DNA of 64,000 bases from an uncultured Pseudomonadales bacterium. GTDB taxonomy: Bacteria > Patescibacteriota > Microgenomatia > UBA1400 > PJMF01. The notes under the pieces were generated by a model, which was not told the DNA's origin, did no database searches, and was given only the letters and a program-made list of their open reading frames with translations. The stretch covers positions 11,972-75,971 of the forward strand of contig CAZIBP010000001.1 in the NCBI GenBank assembly GCA_964537665.1. Reading direction: 5' to 3'. Positions within the stretch are counted from its first letter, which is position 1. The number at the start of each line of letters is the position of its first letter. This document shows, piece by piece, positions 7,889-17,249 of this stretch. A program made the translations under genes and the position numbers.

Positions 7889-8963
7889 TCTGATTCCTCA
7901 TCTTTTGATATTCTGCTAAATTAACGTTTTTTAATCCAGCAATCTGCTCAGCAATTAACTTAGTGTATTTTTTTCTCTGCTTGGTCAAGTGCGTAGTAGT
8001 CTCAAAAAGGAAAGCATCAGCTCCAGATCCAGAACCATATGAACAGACCAATATTTTGGCCTTTTCTGGAGCAGTGTCCAAAACAGCGCAAAGAGCCAAT
8101 AGTGAAGCTGCCGCATAAGTATTGCCAATTTCTTTAACAATTAATGAAGGAGCTAATTGTTTAGCGCTAAAACCCAATTGTTGAGCAACTTGTTGTGGAA
8201 ATTTAGCATTAGGAGTGTGAAAAACACAAAAATCTATATCTTGAGTCTGTAAATTGACTTCATTCATTAAGGCTCGAGTTGCCATACTAACATGTTTGAA
8301 ATAAGCTGGTTCACCAGTAAATCTACCAAAATGTTGTGGGTAGGATTCCTTCGGCTTTCGCCAAAAATCTGGAGTGTCTGTGGCAACTGATTTGGTTGCC
8401 AATAATCTAGCTATTAACTGATCACCATTAATATCACTACCAATGATGAAGGCGGCGGCGCCCGCCGCCGCCGTATACTCTAATGCATCTCCTGGACGAG
8501 CCTGAGCAGTATCTGCTCCGATTGCTAGTGTGTTTTTTGCCATCTGGGCTTGCACATAAGCAGCAGCAATTTGTAAAGATTGCGAGCCAGCTTTACAAGC
8601 AAATTGTAAATCCGCCATACTCAAAAAATTATTTAAACCCAATGCTTCTTTAACAACACTGCCTGATGGTTTAACAGCATAAGGATGGCTTTCACTCCCA
8701 ATAAAAAGAGCGCTAATGTTTTCAGCCAAACCATGATTATCTAAGAATCTATTAAGGGCAATTTTGCCAGCATCAGTAGCCAAAGTGATTGTATCTTCAT
8801 CTAAACTAGGGATGGTTTTTGCATAAACACCAAGTGATTTGACTAAATCACCACTCTTGGCTTGGCTCTGAGCAATGATGCTTGTGGCAACTTTTTGCTT
8901 TGGAATGGCTGCTCCGTAAGCAATAATCCCTACCTGATTTTTTTTATTTTCTAGATTTTGCAT
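7878..8963 (-). CDS. Hydroxymethylglutaryl-CoA synthase, archaeal-type short form
   Basis: 361 aa with a condensing-enzyme fold (GSESHPY..., FACKAGSQSL, HTPNAKFP resembling the archaeal HQPNxKF motif). Sits in an operon with thiolase and DUF35. Confidence 0.7.
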   Translation of the reverse strand: MQNLENKKNQVGIIAYGAAIPKQKVATSIIAQSQAKSGDLVKSLGVYAKTIPSLDEDTITLATDAGKIALNRFLDNHGLAENISALFIGSESHPYAVKPSGSVVKEALGLNNFLSMADLQFACKAGSQSLQIAAAYVQAQMAKNTLAIGADTAQARPGDALEYTAAAGAAAFIIGSDINGDQLIARLLATKSVATDTPDFWRKPKESYPQHFGRFTGEPAYFKHVSMATRALMNEVNLQTQDIDFCVFHTPNAKFPQQVAQQLGFSAKQLAPSLIVKEIGNTYAAASLLALCAVLDTAPEKAKILVCSYGSGSGADAFLFETTTHLTKQRKKYTKLIAEQIAGLKNVNLAEYQKMRNQNEH

Positions 8964-8968
8964 TTGAT

Positions 8969-10195
8969 TTACCTCGCTAAATGAGCATGAGCTGCTGCCA
9001 AACTATGATTACTAAGTGCTGCCAAACCAGAAATTTCAGCTGCCAACACTCCCACCGCCAAGATTGCTGCTAACTGGGTAGGACTTAGCGTTTTTTTTGT
9101 TTGGTGGATTAAATTGCGCAGCTCAAATTGGCTAGGTAAACTAGTACCACCACCCACACTCCCAAGTGGCAAATCAGGTAAATTAACAGCTAAATAAAGG
9201 TTTTTCTCACCGGAAGCCGCCAATTCTTCCTCCACAATGGTGCTGCCCTGGCTAGCTTCTGTGACGTGAGCCAAATCTTGACCTGTGGCCAAATAAAAAG
9301 CTGCCGCTACATTGGCAAATTGCATATTATTAGCAAAAGAGCCGGCCAAATTTGAACCAATTAAATTCTTGCTCACATGAGTTTTGAATAAGGTTTGAGA
9401 TTCTGTTTTAAGAGTTTGTTGTAAAACCACTTCATCTAAGAACACTTCTGCCTGAGCTGTATAAGCTCTGCCAAGCAATTGATTGATAAATGAAGCTTTT
9501 TTGTCTGTGCAGACATTACTAGAAATAGCTAACATTTCTATATTTGGATATTTGATCAGAAACTCCTCCCACAGTTTTTGCAAAGCAATTGTAACCATAT
9601 TCATCCCCATAGCTTCACCGCTAAAAAAGCTAAAACGCACATAAACCTGACGACCTCTGACAAAACTTTGTAAACAAAGAAATTGCAAATGAGAGCTGGT
9701 TTTCTCCGTAATCATTTTAATTTGCGAGAGTATTGCTTCTTTTTCAAGATAATCAGCAAAAGCAAAAGCTTGCTCGCCATTTTTAAAGGCAAAAACAGGT
9801 GCTCTGGTAATGCCAAAATTTTTGACAATAACATTTGCTCCGCCAGCTTGATTAATTGCTTTTAGACCCCTATTAACACTGGCTACTAAAGCCCCTTCAC
9901 TGGTGGCTAATGGAACAAAGTATTCTTCAGTTTGACCATGATTAATCCTCAATTTGACCGGACCAGCCAAACCCACTGGCACCGAAACTGCACCGATCAT
10001 ATTTTCACAGTTGTGTTGATTGGCTCGACTCAATTCTGGACTCACTGAAAAAAGATGTTGGCAATCTAGCTTGCGCCATTTTTTTTGCACCTCAGCTTGT
10101 CTTGCCGCAATGGCTTGCAAATCGCTTTGAGTTGATTTTTTTGCTTGAAAGAATGACATTACATATCTAATAGTCGCAAAAAAGAACAAAATCAC
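8969..10195 (-). CDS. HMG-CoA reductase (class I-like catalytic domain)
   Basis: ENMIGAVSVPVGLAGPVKLRINHGQTEEYFVPLATSEGALVASVNRG is a near-canonical HMGR signature. The true start may be an internal Met (MSFFQAKK). Confidence 0.85.
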   Translation of the reverse strand: MILFFFATIRYVMSFFQAKKSTQSDLQAIAARQAEVQKKWRKLDCQHLFSVSPELSRANQHNCENMIGAVSVPVGLAGPVKLRINHGQTEEYFVPLATSEGALVASVNRGLKAINQAGGANVIVKNFGITRAPVFAFKNGEQAFAFADYLEKEAILSQIKMITEKTSSHLQFLCLQSFVRGRQVYVRFSFFSGEAMGMNMVTIALQKLWEEFLIKYPNIEMLAISSNVCTDKKASFINQLLGRAYTAQAEVFLDEVVLQQTLKTESQTLFKTHVSKNLIGSNLAGSFANNMQFANVAAAFYLATGQDLAHVTEASQGSTIVEEELAASGEKNLYLAVNLPDLPLGSVGGGTSLPSQFELRNLIHQTKKTLSPTQLAAILAVGVLAAEISGLAALSNHSLAAAHAHLAR

Positions 10196-10233
10196 GCAAA
10201 ATTACCTCTTGGTGAAGCTGTTACAATGTAGCT

Positions 10234-11298
10234 ATGCTTAAAGAAATTCAGGAAGTTAAAAAAATTATTGACCCCTTTTTACTAGATTTTTTACAAGTAG
10301 AAGAAAAAAAGTTCCAAGATCAAGCCTTAAGTCAAGAGGCCTTCACCAAAATCAGAGAATTTGTTGTCTCTGGCAAAACTGTGCGCGGCGGCTTGTTTTT
10401 ATTGGCTGCCGAGAGCTTCAATCAAAACAAATATCAAAAATATAAAACAGATTTACTATGGCTAGCCGCCGCACTTGAATTGATTCATTCTGCTTTATTG
10501 ATTCACGACGACATAATTGACCAAGATCAAAAAAGGCGAGGTTTGGACTCAATTTGGCACCAATACGAAAAAATTGCTTTGAAAGAACAATATAGCAACC
10601 CAACTAATTTTGGCAAAAGCTTGGCAATTTGTCTTGGCAGCGTTGGTCTGTATTTGGCTAACCTTGCTATAGAAAAAGTTTCGCTTTTACCACATTTGAC
10701 ACAACAACAAATTAGACAACTCATTAACCAAGAGATTATCAAAACTTACTTTGCAGAAATGCTTGATTCTAAAATTACATCACAAAATGAAGTGCCTTCT
10801 CTGGATGAAGTTTTGGAAATGTATTTATTCAAGACTGCACGTTACACTTTCGTTTTACCTCTCCAATTAGCTGGTTTGGCTATTGGAACTGATGCGTCAC
10901 AAATAGAACAACTAATCAAAGTTGGCGAAAAACTTGGTTTAATCTTCCAAATCAAAGATGATCAAATTGGAATTTTTAGCCCTGAAGAGGTATCTGGAAA
11001 AAGCCAAGCTTCAGATATTAGAGAGGGTAAAAAAACTATTTTTTATCTCAATCTAATCAAACAAGCCAATTCTAAAGATAAAAAAATTATTCAAGATAAA
11101 TACGGTCAAAAGCAATTAAGCAAACAAGAAATAGAGCAAATTCAAGGATTTTTTGACCAATATGCAATGAAAGAAACTAATAGTTACTTAAATCAATTGG
11201 TTGAAGAAACCAAAATTTTAATTAAAACAGTTAAGGGTAAAAAAACTACTGATTTACTTGAGAAAATACTATTTTTCAATCTCGATAGAAAATTCTAG
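10234..11298 (+). CDS. Polyprenyl (isoprenyl) diphosphate synthase (GGPP/FPP synthase family)
   Basis: First aspartate-rich motif LLIHDDIIDQD and second motif FQIKDDQIG. Divergent from the mevalonate operon. Confidence 0.8.
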   Translation: MLKEIQEVKKIIDPFLLDFLQVEEKKFQDQALSQEAFTKIREFVVSGKTVRGGLFLLAAESFNQNKYQKYKTDLLWLAAALELIHSALLIHDDIIDQDQKRRGLDSIWHQYEKIALKEQYSNPTNFGKSLAICLGSVGLYLANLAIEKVSLLPHLTQQQIRQLINQEIIKTYFAEMLDSKITSQNEVPSLDEVLEMYLFKTARYTFVLPLQLAGLAIGTDASQIEQLIKVGEKLGLIFQIKDDQIGIFSPEEVSGKSQASDIREGKKTIFYLNLIKQANSKDKKIIQDKYGQKQLSKQEIEQIQGFFDQYAMKETNSYLNQLVEETKILIKTVKGKKTTDLLEKILFFNLDRKF

Positions 11299-12500
11299 CC
11301 TGAAACTTCATCTTTATGATCCTTAATCAAAAGGGTCAAAAGAACTCCAATTGCTGCTGCCACAAATAAGTTTTTCCAAGCAGCAATTAAAAAGTAAAAA
11401 ATTAAAACCACTAAAAGCCAAAAAACAATGGCCGCTAAACTATAAATCATCTCTCGATAAACGAAATAAGACAATGCTTCTTTGCCTTTACCTCTCATAA
11501 TCCAACTGCGATCAAAAAATAACCAATGAAAACTAGCTGTCACTTTATCGATGGCATTGAGAATAGTGATCGACCAAATATTAACAACAAAACCCCGCAA
11601 CAACCAAAAAATAGACAAAAATCCGCCGGAAACAAGGAATTGATTATGTCCTTTATTTTTATCAATAAATGATCCAGCTCCATAACTAATAAATAGCGCC
11701 AAAAATAGAGATAAACTGTAAAAATAACCTACTCCCTCCGTATTGCCTAGTAAAATAAACATGTAAAGCGTCCATAAGCTAATGCTTGCGTCGTTGAAAT
11801 AACGCCCAGAAAAACTAACTGCTAGGCGTCTGAAGCCAGGTTCCTTCAACCAAGTAGCAAATTCTTGTAACGAAACATTGTCTTGTACTTTAACATTGTC
11901 TAGAAGAATTGAAAAAATCACCCCACCAAGAATAATTACCAGACTAATCAAGAACAAAACTTCGTAACCCAAAGTAACAATGATCAGGCCACCAAAAGCT
12001 GGTGCTGTCATGGCTAATAAGTTGAGTAAAAAATTAATTAAACCTAAATTAGTGCCAATTTTCGTCTTGTAACTATTTTTACTTAAAAAATAATGATAAC
12101 TATTCCAAAAAAAATTAATCTGCAAACCATTAATAATTGCTGCACTTAAAACCAAATAAGGATTCTGTTTGGACAAGTAAAGAAACAAGATAAATAAACA
12201 ATAAAATAAATGACCTAGCAAAAAGCCATAGCTAATCCCATGTCTTATCAGAATCTTGGAGATTGGAATAGCAAAAATAAAACAAACTAAATAAGTAAGC
12301 AAGTAAAAAATTGCCACATTAAAAATTCCTTCTTGCAAACCAGATAAACCAAATCGACCCATAAAAGAAAACCTTAAATTAAAAAAATATAAGGGTAAAA
12401 AAAAGATCATTAATTGATTGGCCAGTTCACGAACTAAACGAATTGCGTAAAGATATTGAAGATTTTTCGTTTTCTGAAAAGCAAAGTGAAAAATAGGCAT
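11295..12500 (-). CDS. Polytopic integral membrane protein (possible transporter; family unresolved)
   Basis: 401 aa, hydrophobic throughout, with about 10-12 predicted TM segments. No diagnostic motif. Confidence 0.4.
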   Translation of the reverse strand: MPIFHFAFQKTKNLQYLYAIRLVRELANQLMIFFLPLYFFNLRFSFMGRFGLSGLQEGIFNVAIFYLLTYLVCFIFAIPISKILIRHGISYGFLLGHLFYCLFILFLYLSKQNPYLVLSAAIINGLQINFFWNSYHYFLSKNSYKTKIGTNLGLINFLLNLLAMTAPAFGGLIIVTLGYEVLFLISLVIILGGVIFSILLDNVKVQDNVSLQEFATWLKEPGFRRLAVSFSGRYFNDASISLWTLYMFILLGNTEGVGYFYSLSLFLALFISYGAGSFIDKNKGHNQFLVSGGFLSIFWLLRGFVVNIWSITILNAIDKVTASFHWLFFDRSWIMRGKGKEALSYFVYREMIYSLAAIVFWLLVVLIFYFLIAAWKNLFVAAAIGVLLTLLIKDHKDEVSG

Positions 12501-12503
12501 AGC

Positions 12504-13067
12504 TTAAATAAGATCTACTACCTGTTCCAAGACTTTTCCTAGTTCTTCCTGTTGCGATGGAGACAATTTCATTAACACATAATCGCTTGGGCTCATACTT
12601 CGTTCCCCTTTTCTAGAATCAACACCCAGTCGTAAATGCCAAAAGTTTTTATTTCCTAAGTGTTTATAAATAGAATTTAAGCCATTGTGAACTTTGGGGC
12701 CTTTGCCTTTTTGTAATTTAAATTGACCCAATTCTAAATCTAAGTCATCATGAGCGACAATCAAATGATGACCTTCATCTTCATGTAATAATTCATCGTA
12801 AAAATATGCCAAAAAATCTCTCAAGGTCTGTCCTGAATTATTCATAAAACTCATGGATTTAAATAAACAAACATCCTCAGCTACACCATTTTTGATGATT
12901 TCTGCTTTGACATATTCTGCTTGAAATTTTTTATCAAATTTCAATGTTAGATTAAATTTCTTGGCTAAAAAATCAATCAACATAAAGCCAGCATTATGTC
13001 GAGTTTGAGCGTATTCTTTACCAGGATTACCAAGTCCCATGATTATTTTCATATTTGAACTAGTCAA
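12504..13067 (-). CDS. pth: Peptidyl-tRNA hydrolase
   Basis: MKIIMGLGNPGKEYAQTRHNAGFMLIDFLA is the canonical Pth N-terminus. 187 aa. Confidence 0.85.
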   Translation of the reverse strand: MTSSNMKIIMGLGNPGKEYAQTRHNAGFMLIDFLAKKFNLTLKFDKKFQAEYVKAEIIKNGVAEDVCLFKSMSFMNNSGQTLRDFLAYFYDELLHEDEGHHLIVAHDDLDLELGQFKLQKGKGPKVHNGLNSIYKHLGNKNFWHLRLGVDSRKGERSMSPSDYVLMKLSPSQQEELGKVLEQVVDLI

Positions 13068-13087
13068 AAGTATATAATAGCCAACAA

Positions 13088-14200
13088 ATGAAAACTATTG
13101 GTATCTTCACTAGTGGTTATGGTCACGAAAGCATCGCGCTTGCTATTGCAGACAAAATTAAGCAAAAGGCTGCAGATCGATATCAAGTAAAAGTTTGTTT
13201 TGACCATCGTCACAATTTGAATGCTATTTATAATTCTGTTTATCGTTTTAGTCCTGGATCATTTGGAGCCTCATTCAAAATCATCGCTAATTTAACTAAA
13301 AATAACCAAATTCCTAGAAAACTGATTGAAACAAGCTTTACTTTGGGAGATGGTGGCAAAATTGCTAATTTTATTAAAAAAAATAAAATAGACATTTGTA
13401 TTAGCACTTATTTTATTAGCAATCCTTCTATAGAGGAAGTTATCGCCAAAAACAAACTTCCCTTTCTCAATATCATCACTGATCCAAGAACTATCCAACC
13501 TTTAAATTTGTCCCAAAAAGCAGACGTTAACTTTATTTTTGATCAAGTGAACAATACAAACGGTTTAATAAAAATCAAAAAATCAGGCTGGTTCGTGAGG
13601 AGCGAATTTGAACAAAAATATAGAAAAAATCTAGTGAGAGAGAAACTTAAAATTAATCAAAATCTGACTATTTTGGTGGTTTCTGGCTCAGAAGGGGCTA
13701 ACGCGGTGCTCAAAATTTTGCCAAGTATCATTAATTGCAGTCAAAAAGTCAATTTTATTATCGCTTGTGGTAAAAATAAATTCTTATACAACAATATTCT
13801 AGGTATCAAACAAAGCTTAAAAAAATTTAGCTCCTCTCAAGCAGAAATTATTCCGCTTGCCTACACTAAAAACCTACATCTTTATATGCAGGCTGCTGAT
13901 TTGGTCATTGGCAAAGCTGGACCAAACACTCTTTTTGAAAGTGTTGCTTGTGGAACACCTTTCTTTGCTATTACTCATATACATGGTCAAGAAGATGGTA
14001 ATCTTGATTTGATTAAAGACTACCATCTGGGAATAGTTGAGGAAAATACGCAAAGGGCCAACCAAAAATTAAGTAGATTAATTCAAAATCCACAAAAAAT
14101 CCAAGCATTTAAACAGGATATTCAGAAAATCAAAAAATATAACCAAAATTCAATTAATATTTTACTCAAAACAATAGACAATCTAGGCAATGTGAATTGA
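13088..14200 (+). CDS. Glycosyltransferase, GT28/MGDG-synthase/UgtP-like (diacylglycerol glycosyltransferase candidate)
   Basis: N-terminal GYGHES..A.A region and C-terminal GKAGPNTLFESVACGTPFF...HGQEDGN resemble the MurG/UgtP C-terminal fold. Confidence 0.55.
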   Translation: MKTIGIFTSGYGHESIALAIADKIKQKAADRYQVKVCFDHRHNLNAIYNSVYRFSPGSFGASFKIIANLTKNNQIPRKLIETSFTLGDGGKIANFIKKNKIDICISTYFISNPSIEEVIAKNKLPFLNIITDPRTIQPLNLSQKADVNFIFDQVNNTNGLIKIKKSGWFVRSEFEQKYRKNLVREKLKINQNLTILVVSGSEGANAVLKILPSIINCSQKVNFIIACGKNKFLYNNILGIKQSLKKFSSSQAEIIPLAYTKNLHLYMQAADLVIGKAGPNTLFESVACGTPFFAITHIHGQEDGNLDLIKDYHLGIVEENTQRANQKLSRLIQNPQKIQAFKQDIQKIKKYNQNSINILLKTIDNLGNVN

Positions 14201-16033
14201 CTTTAGCTCTTCGACTGTGGTGGCGTCTTCAAAACTCTTATCATGTCTAATTTTGACCAATCGTGGAAAACGCAAAGCCACTCCAGCGGAGTGAATTGGT
14301 GAAATACTTAATTCGTCAGCTGCAATTTCCAAAACCAAACTGGGATTCAACCAAAAATCTGGAAATAAATTTTTATCAACGTCGTAGATGAGAGGTTTTT
14401 GGTTATTTTTACTTAGATTTTGATCAGCTAAATTCTTCACTTCCCTGAACTGATCATCAGTCAAACCAGTACCAATTTTGGATAAACTCTTAACCACTAA
14501 ATTTCCATCATCATCTCGATCCAAAACTCCAACTAGCAAAGCCCCAATCCCAAAAGCCTGTCTTTTACCTTTGCCAACATAATAACCCAACATCAAACAG
14601 TCAATAGTATCAGAGAGTTTACCTTGACTACCTTCTTCTTCTTTAATTTTCACCCAGCGCCAAGATTTTCTACCAGCTACATATTTGGATTCCTTTTGTT
14701 TCATTACTGCTCCCTCCAAACCAAGTTTAAGCTGCGCTTCATGAAAAGCTTTCAGCTTAATTGGAGAAGAAATGAGCAAATATTCAGTTTTCTTGATAAA
14801 GTCACCGTCGTTCAAGATTTCTGCTAGTTTTTGTTTACGCTGTAGCAGTGTTTTTTCAACCAAAACTTGACTGTTTAGTAAAATCAAATCAAAAGCATAG
14901 AAACAAATAGGTAATTCTGCAGCTTTATCAGAAACACCATGTTTGCGTTTACGTTGAATCGTTTCTTGAAAAGGTAAAAATCCCCCAGTTTTTTTATCAA
15001 TCCCAATAGCCTCTGTGTCTAAAATACAATTCTCAACATCAAGGCAATCAACCACTTTTGCTAATTCTGGAAACATGTGAGTCACATCTTCAAGATTCCT
15101 GGTAAATGCTCTGTAAGGTAAACCACTATCAGCAAAATTACTCTTGTTAATGTGAATTTGCACTCTTAAGCCGTCATATTTTGGCTCTGCCACAACCTCA
15201 GTCATTTTTTCAATAATCTCAGCAGCACTGTTGAGACGCTGACAAAGCACCGGCAAAACCGGAATCCCAATTTCTACTTGATATGTTTTAAGCAATTCTT
15301 CACTACTTAGTTGTTGATGTTCTAATAAATAAGCTGCTGCCAATTTTCCTAAATCAGCTTTTTTGAAAAAGGCTTTTTCCAAATTGGCGCTATCTACTTT
15401 GCTTTGATTTTTGACAAAAGAAAGCGCATCAATCAAAGTCATGGTAGAAAAACCAAGTCGCATTTTGGACAAGATAATTCGGCTAATGTATTTGGCTGAT
15501 AAAGGATCGAGTTGCTGTAATAAACTAGACAACAAGGCAATCTTCTTATCTTGTGAACCAACTCCATTTGTTTGAGCAATTTCGCTTAAAAAGCGATGCA
15601 CTTCGACAACCGATAGTTGTTTAGATTTTTCATGAGCAAAATAAGTTGATAAAGTTTTAGCAAAAAGCTCACCAATATCACCAATTTTTTTGTAAGAAGT
15701 AGTCAATTCTTTTTCAAAAATTGTTTGATTGGGAAATAAATTACCATCAATGTTGGCAAAAAGACTATCAGTCTTGGCCACTGCCACTCCACCAGCTTGA
15801 ACACTGAGGTGAGCCAGAGTCTTGATTAACATTTTTTCAGACATTTGAAATTCAAGAGATAAATACGAAGGAACTAAACTGCCCTGCATTAAATAACTCG
15901 CCAAAACAATCTGCTTGGCTTGCTGATCTTTAATCAAATCTTTAAAAAGTTGGGCCAAAATTTCAGTAATTTTGAGACGAGCAGAAACTGATTCAATCTT
16001 TTGTAGATAAAGAGAAAAGTCACGAAAAAGCAT
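14183..16033 (-). CDS. ATP-dependent DNA ligase (archaeal/eukaryotic Lig type)
   Basis: Motif I EPKYDGLRVQIH (KxDG adenylation lysine), motif III ILDTEAIG, motif IV EGAVMKQKES. 616 aa. Confidence 0.8.
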   Translation of the reverse strand: MLFRDFSLYLQKIESVSARLKITEILAQLFKDLIKDQQAKQIVLASYLMQGSLVPSYLSLEFQMSEKMLIKTLAHLSVQAGGVAVAKTDSLFANIDGNLFPNQTIFEKELTTSYKKIGDIGELFAKTLSTYFAHEKSKQLSVVEVHRFLSEIAQTNGVGSQDKKIALLSSLLQQLDPLSAKYISRIILSKMRLGFSTMTLIDALSFVKNQSKVDSANLEKAFFKKADLGKLAAAYLLEHQQLSSEELLKTYQVEIGIPVLPVLCQRLNSAAEIIEKMTEVVAEPKYDGLRVQIHINKSNFADSGLPYRAFTRNLEDVTHMFPELAKVVDCLDVENCILDTEAIGIDKKTGGFLPFQETIQRKRKHGVSDKAAELPICFYAFDLILLNSQVLVEKTLLQRKQKLAEILNDGDFIKKTEYLLISSPIKLKAFHEAQLKLGLEGAVMKQKESKYVAGRKSWRWVKIKEEEGSQGKLSDTIDCLMLGYYVGKGKRQAFGIGALLVGVLDRDDDGNLVVKSLSKIGTGLTDDQFREVKNLADQNLSKNNQKPLIYDVDKNLFPDFWLNPSLVLEIAADELSISPIHSAGVALRFPRLVKIRHDKSFEDATTVEELKSIHIA

Positions 16034-16051
16034 GAGTCTATTCTAACAGTT

Positions 16052-17140
16052 TTAACTTAGCAAAGTGTAACTAACGCCTTTAGTAACACCATGTTTTTGT
16101 ACTACCCCTTTGGCAATTAAGTCTTTTAAGTCTCTTAAAATTGTGTCAACTGAAACGTTTGGCAAAGCTTTTTGCGCATCGTCTGAAGTCATTTGACCTT
16201 GATTCTGCAAAACCTCCAGGAGAATAATTTGTCTCTCTGATAAAGCCACTTGTTGACCCAACTCCCTTTGAATTTTAAGATCTTGAGAAAGCTTAAGCAC
16301 TTTTTGTTTCACTTTGTCTATTTCCAAAGCCAAACCATAAGTAAAATATTCCAGAAAATAAGTTAAGTCTTTATTGTCACTTTGTTGGACTGACAGAAGT
16401 GCTTGATAGTAAGCTTCCACATCACTGTCGAAATATTCTTCAAGGGAAAAGAAGCGTTTAAAATCATAACCAGCATCATAAAGCACTAATGTAGCAAAAG
16501 CCCTTGCCACTCGCCCATTACCTTCAACAAAAGGATGAATATATACTAGGTGATAATGAGTAATGGCAGCCTTAAAAATTGGATGAATCTCTTGAGCAGC
16601 TGAACTGTTTAGCCACAGAAAAAAATCCTCAATTAAAAACGGAATCTCCACAGAAACTGGCGGTCGGAAAACCACAGCACCATTAGCTGCACCCCTTACA
16701 ATAACTTGTTTTTCACGAAAAGTAGCTACTTGCTCATCAGATAACAACTTTTGCATTGTTAATTTATGTAAAACAAAAAGAGTCTCTAAATTTAATTCCG
16801 CTTTCTTACCAAAAGGACGTTGATCGATCCAGGCTATAACATTGCGGTAGTTAATCACTTCCTGGATATCTCTGTCTCTGGCAATAATGCCGGTTTGATC
16901 AACTACAACTTGAGGATTACTAGTATTCTTAAGCTGAATCACTTTACTAGCTTGATCAACAGTTAACTCATTTCCTTCAATATGAGTACCAAAATGAACA
17001 CTTCTAGTCATAGCTTCATCACGAAATTTAGCCTCCCAAGAAGGAACAAGAGCTGAATGGTCAATTAGGGCTTTGGCAGATTCAATTGAAGAAATGTAAG
17101 TGAGCAGATGATTGGTGATTTCAAACTTGGGCTGATACAT
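16052..17140 (-). CDS. Fic family protein (AMPylation/filamentation domain) with a possible C-terminal winged-helix
   Basis: Canonical Fic motif HPFVEGNGRVARAF. 362 aa. Confidence 0.85.
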   Translation of the reverse strand: MYQPKFEITNHLLTYISSIESAKALIDHSALVPSWEAKFRDEAMTRSVHFGTHIEGNELTVDQASKVIQLKNTSNPQVVVDQTGIIARDRDIQEVINYRNVIAWIDQRPFGKKAELNLETLFVLHKLTMQKLLSDEQVATFREKQVIVRGAANGAVVFRPPVSVEIPFLIEDFFLWLNSSAAQEIHPIFKAAITHYHLVYIHPFVEGNGRVARAFATLVLYDAGYDFKRFFSLEEYFDSDVEAYYQALLSVQQSDNKDLTYFLEYFTYGLALEIDKVKQKVLKLSQDLKIQRELGQQVALSERQIILLEVLQNQGQMTSDDAQKALPNVSVDTILRDLKDLIAKGVVQKHGVTKGVSYTLLS

Positions 17141-17150
17141 TTAGACCAAT

Positions 17151-17166
17151 TTTAAACTAGTTTAAA
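17151..17166. promoter_or_regulatory. Perfect 16-nt palindrome TTTAAACTAGTTTAAA 11 nt upstream of the Fic start codon, in the divergent Fic/nnr promoter region (candidate operator)
   Basis: Read directly; the sequence equals its own reverse complement. Confidence 0.3.
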
Positions 17167-17249
17167 CGATTTGGAAAGATTCTTGCAAAAAATACAATAA
17201 TTCACTATTTGTGCTGTCAATAAAACAAGAATCAGTTAAAATCTAAACC

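Noticed and set aside
8451-8472. GC-rich hairpin palindrome ggcggcggcg-cc-cgccgccgcc inside the HMG-CoA synthase CDS; it stands out in an AT-rich genome.
   Set aside because: It encodes an Ala/Gly run in frame within a well-supported CDS. There is no repeat-spacer periodicity or flanking structure to suggest a regulatory or CRISPR element. Most likely a codon-level coincidence or a mild recombination hotspot.
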